NCBI GenBank assembly: GCA_946188175.1
Contig: CAMHUJ010000001.1
Location: 1-29,156 of the forward strand
Reading direction: 5' to 3'
Origin: an uncultured Ruminococcus sp.
GTDB taxonomy: Bacteria > Bacillota > Clostridia > Oscillospirales > Ruminococcaceae
Length of the DNA stretch: 29,156 bases
Position numbers and translations under genes: made by a program. Of the stretch, positions 25,537 to 29,156 are shown one piece after another. The notes beneath the pieces are model-generated. The model was given only the letters and a program-made list of their open reading frames with translations. It did not search any database and was not told where the DNA came from. How positions within the stretch are numbered: position 1 is the stretch's first letter; every line of letters starts with the position of its first letter.

Positions 25537-26432
25537 GCAGACGCCCCCTTGTTGATGCCGTTGACCGCGTTCGTCAAATCGGACGCCTGTTCTTCATTGC
25601 CGAACCAGGACGCGACCGTGCTGTCCTTGTCTTTGATCGAATTATAGATCCCGACATACTCGGCAAACTCCTCGCCGGTCATCGTATCGACCTTGTGCTT
25701 CAGGCGCTTTTCGATCTGATCCTGTTTGACACCGATTGACGAGAATGTCGCAACCATCATTCTGACGCGATCGATCAGCGGCATATTGTTCTTGCTGTCG
25801 CCCTTCGCGACCGTGTCCTTGCATTTCTGCACGGCAGCGTCAACCAACCAAGCCGGAAGAATCGCAAGGATCCTCGCACGGAGACGCCGAGCAGCCATGT
25901 TCGCATTGTTCTCATAGATGTCACGATCGGACGTCAGCGTGACCATCTTCTTTCCGGCTTCACGCTGATGCGGATTCGTGAAATTCTGCACCGACTGTGT
26001 GTTCGTCTCAAGATCCCACGCATACGCCTGAAGCTCCGATTTCCCCGCGTCACGGCTCAATTCCTTGATTCCGTAATCGACATTGCCCCAGCATCGCGCC
26101 AATTCCTCCGCAAACCGAATATTCGGTCCTGTGATCGTCTGACCGCTTCGCGGAAACGCATAAAACGCTTTTGACGCGAAACCATACCGGCTGCAGACCT
26201 CCATAACAGAAGCATAAGCAGCTGTCTCGTCACGCGGAAACGCCTTTGCAATATAAAGCTTGCCCTGCGCTTCTGCAACCGCCCTGGATGCTTCAATCGC
26301 GACCGTGCCCTGATTGATGTTCTGCAGCTGCATCGGAACAGCTGCCGGAGCAGCCGGAGCGACCGTCTGCGCCTGTTCTTCCGGTTCGTAGATCTCACCG
26401 GTCACCGGATCCATAAGATTCTTTTCTTCCAT
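25533..26432 (-). CDS. Conserved phage protein, putative single-strand annealing / recombination protein
   Basis: 299 aa near the exonuclease; AKAFPRDE...FYAFPRSG..ITGPNIRFAEELARCWGN...AWDLETN; function inferred from context. Confidence 0.5.
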   Translation of the reverse strand: MEEKNLMDPVTGEIYEPEEQAQTVAPAAPAAVPMQLQNINQGTVAIEASRAVAEAQGKLYIAKAFPRDETAAYASVMEVCSRYGFASKAFYAFPRSGQTITGPNIRFAEELARCWGNVDYGIKELSRDAGKSELQAYAWDLETNTQSVQNFTNPHQREAGKKMVTLTSDRDIYENNANMAARRLRARILAILPAWLVDAAVQKCKDTVAKGDSKNNMPLIDRVRMMVATFSSIGVKQDQIEKRLKHKVDTMTGEEFAEYVGIYNSIKDKDSTVASWFGNEEQASDLTNAVNGINKGASA

Positions 26433-26435
26433 GAT

Positions 26436-26711
26436 TCATTCCTCCAATTCATCAATGATTTCTTGTAATGATTTACCGCAAAAATCGTGTTCTGCATAAA
26501 TGTCATAGGGATCATGATCTCCGTCGTATTGATACCGCGCAATCTCCGCAGCAGATCGAGACGATATATACGATCCTGTGTTGCCGGAAACATAAGCGGA
26601 ACAATCTTCGGTGCAGTTTCTTCCAAATGTATGCCCTTTGCTTCTTCCGATTTTTTGCAATCGTCTGCAAGCTTTCAAATGGATACAATCATCCATGCAT
26701 TCAAAAGCCAT
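26436..26711 (-). CDS. Cys-rich hypothetical protein (91 aa)
   Basis: MAFECMDDCIHLKAC start at TAATG overlap with AAGGAG RBS (ORF-track start at 26807 is too early); lower GC. Confidence 0.7.
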   Translation of the reverse strand: MAFECMDDCIHLKACRRLQKIGRSKGHTFGRNCTEDCSAYVSGNTGSYISSRSAAEIARYQYDGDHDPYDIYAEHDFCGKSLQEIIDELEE

Positions 26712-27511
26712 TATTGCAACTCCTTCGCCAAGTATGCCGGAAGCCCAAGCACATTGATCTGATTCTGCGGTCCGAGATAACCATACCAGTTTCCGGACGT
26801 CTTGCAATCGTGATAGATGCCAAGCAGTTCGCGGAACGTATCATATCCGCGCTGCACAAGCAGCTGATCGGCTGCAAGCACATTTACCGCATACGGCGGA
26901 TCCTTCTCCTGCGCGATGAAGATGAACACCGCATCCCGATCCATGACACGCCGAACTGCCTCGGTGTACATAGCCGCCTGGAAGTCATAGCCGTAATTGA
27001 TCGCGGACCGGATGAACGATTCAGTCGACGCATCGCTCGTCGTTTTGTAGTCGATCACGACCGCACCGCTCGACAATGGCGTGAAGCAGTCCAACCGGAC
27101 CTTGCACTTTTCGCCGGTGAGCTCATCGGTCCAGAACAGTGGGATCTCATGCTTGCCGGACAGCAGCTTCATGACCATATCGTTTTGCATCAGCGCATTC
27201 CGCATTCCGACCGCTTTGTCATAGTCAGCGGATTTCACGATCATCTTTTCACCATTCATCTCCATGAACAGATCCCATGCTGCCTTGCCTTCCTTTGTCC
27301 GTCGGTCACAGTCCGGAGCGACCGCAAACTCATCGCCGAACGTCTCCGGCTCCAGGACAAGCTTGTGAGCCATCTGACCGAAGATCAAAGCCGGTGTCAG
27401 CTCTTCCGGGTGCTGCTCCTCATACATGAATTTCTCCGGCGATCCTTCATGAAGACGCCACAACTGCGACCGGCTGACACCTTCCGCTGCGCGGTATTCC
27501 TGTTCAGTCAT
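26711..27511 (-). CDS. PD-(D/E)XK exonuclease (DUF3799 / RecE-like)
   Basis: 266 aa; EYRAAEGVSRS, KVRLD, IDYKTT, YGYDFQAAMY motifs. Confidence 0.88.
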   Translation of the reverse strand: MTEQEYRAAEGVSRSQLWRLHEGSPEKFMYEEQHPEELTPALIFGQMAHKLVLEPETFGDEFAVAPDCDRRTKEGKAAWDLFMEMNGEKMIVKSADYDKAVGMRNALMQNDMVMKLLSGKHEIPLFWTDELTGEKCKVRLDCFTPLSSGAVVIDYKTTSDASTESFIRSAINYGYDFQAAMYTEAVRRVMDRDAVFIFIAQEKDPPYAVNVLAADQLLVQRGYDTFRELLGIYHDCKTSGNWYGYLGPQNQINVLGLPAYLAKELQ

Positions 27512-27650
27512 GCTGAACCTCCTTTTCTTCCAGCACGATCATCCGGATATAAGCGCTGACGGCCAGATGACGCGCAGCCGCTTTTTCCTTGATCTTCTCC
27601 AGTTCTTCCACAGAAACGCGGATGTAGATACGTTCGTTTTTGCCTTCCAT
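27504..27650 (-). CDS. Ribbon-helix-helix DNA-binding protein (48 aa; not in ORF track)
   Basis: AAGGAGGT RBS; MEGKNERIYIRVSVEELEKIKEKAAARHLAVSAYIRMIVLEEKEVQHD; beta-strand IYIRV then two helices with S-x-Y-I-R. Confidence 0.8.
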   Translation of the reverse strand: MEGKNERIYIRVSVEELEKIKEKAAARHLAVSAYIRMIVLEEKEVQHD

Positions 27651-27671
27651 AGTGACCTCCTTTTTTCTTTT

Positions 27672-27700
27672 ATTATATCACAAACGGCGTACAATGTCAA
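27672..27700 (-). promoter_or_regulatory. SigA consensus promoter with extended -10 for the RHH-recombination operon
   Basis: TTGACA (27700-27695), 17 nt, TG-n-TATAAT (27677-27672). Confidence 0.88.
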
Positions 27701-28143
27701 TCGTTTGTTTCCCTATACAGGACGTCTCCGGCTTCGCAGCCGTGATATTTGAGATAGTCAAATCCGTCGACCGGACGGACCTTTGCACGATCTTTCAGCG
27801 CTGCAAGCATCAGATCGTTAATCTCGGATTCCGTAAAAAACGACGCAAGGAAACTATTCAAGCAGCATTCCGATCCTTCCGATTCGCCGACCTTTGTGCA
27901 GAAATCCAAATCAAAGCGCTTTTTTTCGATGCATCCACTGCAAACCATGTGTTCGCAACCTTTGATTTCATCCTCCGGCACGATCTCCTCGCAAATCTCG
28001 CACCGATACGCCGGTTGCACATCTCCGCCGCAATAGCGGCACGTCATCGTATCGTCATATTCGCAGCAGACCTCGTTCGGATCAAGCTCTCTGCCGCAAC
28101 GGTCACAGATATAACCGTCCGGAATACTGTATTCATTGATCAT
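27697..28143 (-). CDS. Multi-CxxC zinc-finger protein
   Basis: CDRC, CRYC, CEIC and CSGC pairs; start at ATGA overlap (MINEYS). Confidence 0.75.
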   Translation of the reverse strand: MINEYSIPDGYICDRCGRELDPNEVCCEYDDTMTCRYCGGDVQPAYRCEICEEIVPEDEIKGCEHMVCSGCIEKKRFDLDFCTKVGESEGSECCLNSFLASFFTESEINDLMLAALKDRAKVRPVDGFDYLKYHGCEAGDVLYRETND

Positions 28144-28487
28144 TTTTCTGACCCCCATTTCGTCAATTGTTTTTTATCCTGTTCCAACTGCACAACCCGT
28201 GCCGTCAGCCGGGCAATCTCTGCCTGCGCTTTTTCCAGCGCAATCTTTCCGTCTTGCTTCGCCGCGAACAGATCAACCTTCAACCGTTTGATCTCCGCGT
28301 CCTTACGAACTATCAGAGTTTCCTTCGTTTCAACCGCGCCTTTCAACTGCCGAATCCGCGCCTTGCGCTTTTTCTCTGTGCGTCTGTCCAGCGTCAGGAT
28401 CAGAACCGCAATCAGCATGACCCCGCACAGGATCAAACCGATAATCGCCGGATTCGCGTTCGCCGCGTCAATGAATCGCTGCAGCAT
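28140..28487 (-). CDS. Membrane-anchored coiled-coil protein
   Basis: GGAGG RBS then MLQRFIDAA; hydrophobic IIGLILCGVMLIAVLIL segment then a heptad-rich helix. Confidence 0.7.
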   Translation of the reverse strand: MLQRFIDAANANPAIIGLILCGVMLIAVLILTLDRRTEKKRKARIRQLKGAVETKETLIVRKDAEIKRLKVDLFAAKQDGKIALEKAQAEIARLTARVVQLEQDKKQLTKWGSEK

Positions 28488-28644
28488 TTTGATCGCCTCC
28501 TTCGTCAACCCATTTCACAAAATACTTGCCCGTGATTTTTCCGTGTCCAGCCATCAGATCCCGCGCCAAATCGCACGTCATGCCAGCCGTAACGACCTCG
28601 TAACCGTCCTCGAACGTGAACCGATACCATGCGTCGCGTTTCAT
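28468..28644 (-). CDS. Hypothetical protein (58 aa)
   Basis: GGAGGTGG RBS; MKRDAWYRFTFEDGY start at ATGA overlap. Confidence 0.65.
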   Translation of the reverse strand: MKRDAWYRFTFEDGYEVVTAGMTCDLARDLMAGHGKITGKYFVKWVDEGGDQNAAAIH

Positions 28645-28742
28645 GCGTCCACCTCCTGTTCGTTGAACCGTTCGATCGCGTCCCACACGTCGCGCTCCTC
28701 TTGCGCTGTTTCCATCAACCATTCAAGATATGCTTCTGACAT
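28641..28742 (-). CDS. Small acidic protein (33 aa; not in ORF track)
   Basis: AAAGGGG RBS; MSEAYLEWLMETAQEERDVWDAIERFNEQEVDA; stop overlaps the next ATG. Confidence 0.5.
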   Translation of the reverse strand: MSEAYLEWLMETAQEERDVWDAIERFNEQEVDA

Positions 28743-28788
28743 GTTGTTCCCCTTTCTGCCCGTGTTGCCGATAGCGCAGCGAAGTTTG

Positions 28789-29156
28789 TTATTTCTCCGG
28801 ATCAGCAACGAAGCCGTTGTCGATCATGAATTCCGTATCTTCGTCATAACAGCCATTGCACCAATAAGACCGAGGATGTTGCATAAGCATTTCCGCATGA
28901 TAGAAATCCTTTTCAAAAATGGCGTCTTTGCGGAACCATGCGGTGACGGTCGCCTTCGGATTCTTGTACCTCGGATCGCCATAGCCCCGAACGCAACGCT
29001 CGACCTGATAGATCGTCGCGCCGTCGCGCTTCCAGGCGCTCGCTTTGACCGTGTCGCTGTTCACTCTCGCCACATCCGCGCCGAAGCGCTTTAAAATATC
29101 GACCACGGCGCGGTCGCCCTGTTTTGACGACAGGTTCAGCCCGGTCACCGCGACTT
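28789..29156 (-). CDS. ORF open to the window edge: AroA-like segment in frame with an unrelated, probably phage, C-terminus
   Basis: VAVTGLNLSSKQGDRAVVDILKRFGADV resembles the EPSP synthase S-x-QGD region; downstream WKRDGATIYQVERC... is not AroA-like. Confidence 0.55.
   Translation of the reverse strand, partial: VAVTGLNLSSKQGDRAVVDILKRFGADVARVNSDTVKASAWKRDGATIYQVERCVRGYGDPRYKNPKATVTAWFRKDAIFEKDFYHAEMLMQHPRSYWCNGCYDEDTEFMIDNGFVADPEK

Noticed and set aside
26468-27559. 363-aa plus-strand ORF
   Set aside because: Antisense to the exonuclease gene; no protein-like features.
27640-29094. 484-aa plus-strand ORF spanning five minus-strand genes
   Set aside because: Composition (Ser/Arg/Ile/Phe-rich) is typical of antisense frames; no RBS, promoter or motifs. 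Its length across genes in two frames is curious but not evidence of coding.

Overview
A contiguous ~29 kb piece of a tailed dsDNA phage or prophage (siphovirus-type; GGAGG Shine-Dalgarno sites and TTGACA-17-TATAAT promoters point to a Bacillota/Clostridia-like host, inferred). All credible genes are on the minus strand. In transcription order (right to left): small early genes; an unannotated ribbon-helix-helix regulator; a PD-(D/E)XK exonuclease and a putative annealing protein; an ERCC4 nuclease; a stand-alone CHC2 zinc-finger protein; a DUF927 helicase; an AT-rich origin-like region with DnaA boxes; accessory genes including a radical SAM protein; a tRNA with the rare UAU anticodon; a DUF3850/ASCH protein; terminase, portal and head genes; tail genes with a probable -1 frameshift chaperone; tape measure, Dit, Tal, a 1047-aa multidomain tail adhesin; and a BppU-like gene running off the left edge. 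No integrase, repressor or lysis genes are visible. The most notable signals are a promoter-leader RNA with two hairpins whose loops are complementary, ending in a terminator just before the helicase; tRNA-Ile(UAU); an in-frame AroA-like fragment at the right edge; and several gene remnants. Family assignments come from motif recognition only; no database searches were run.
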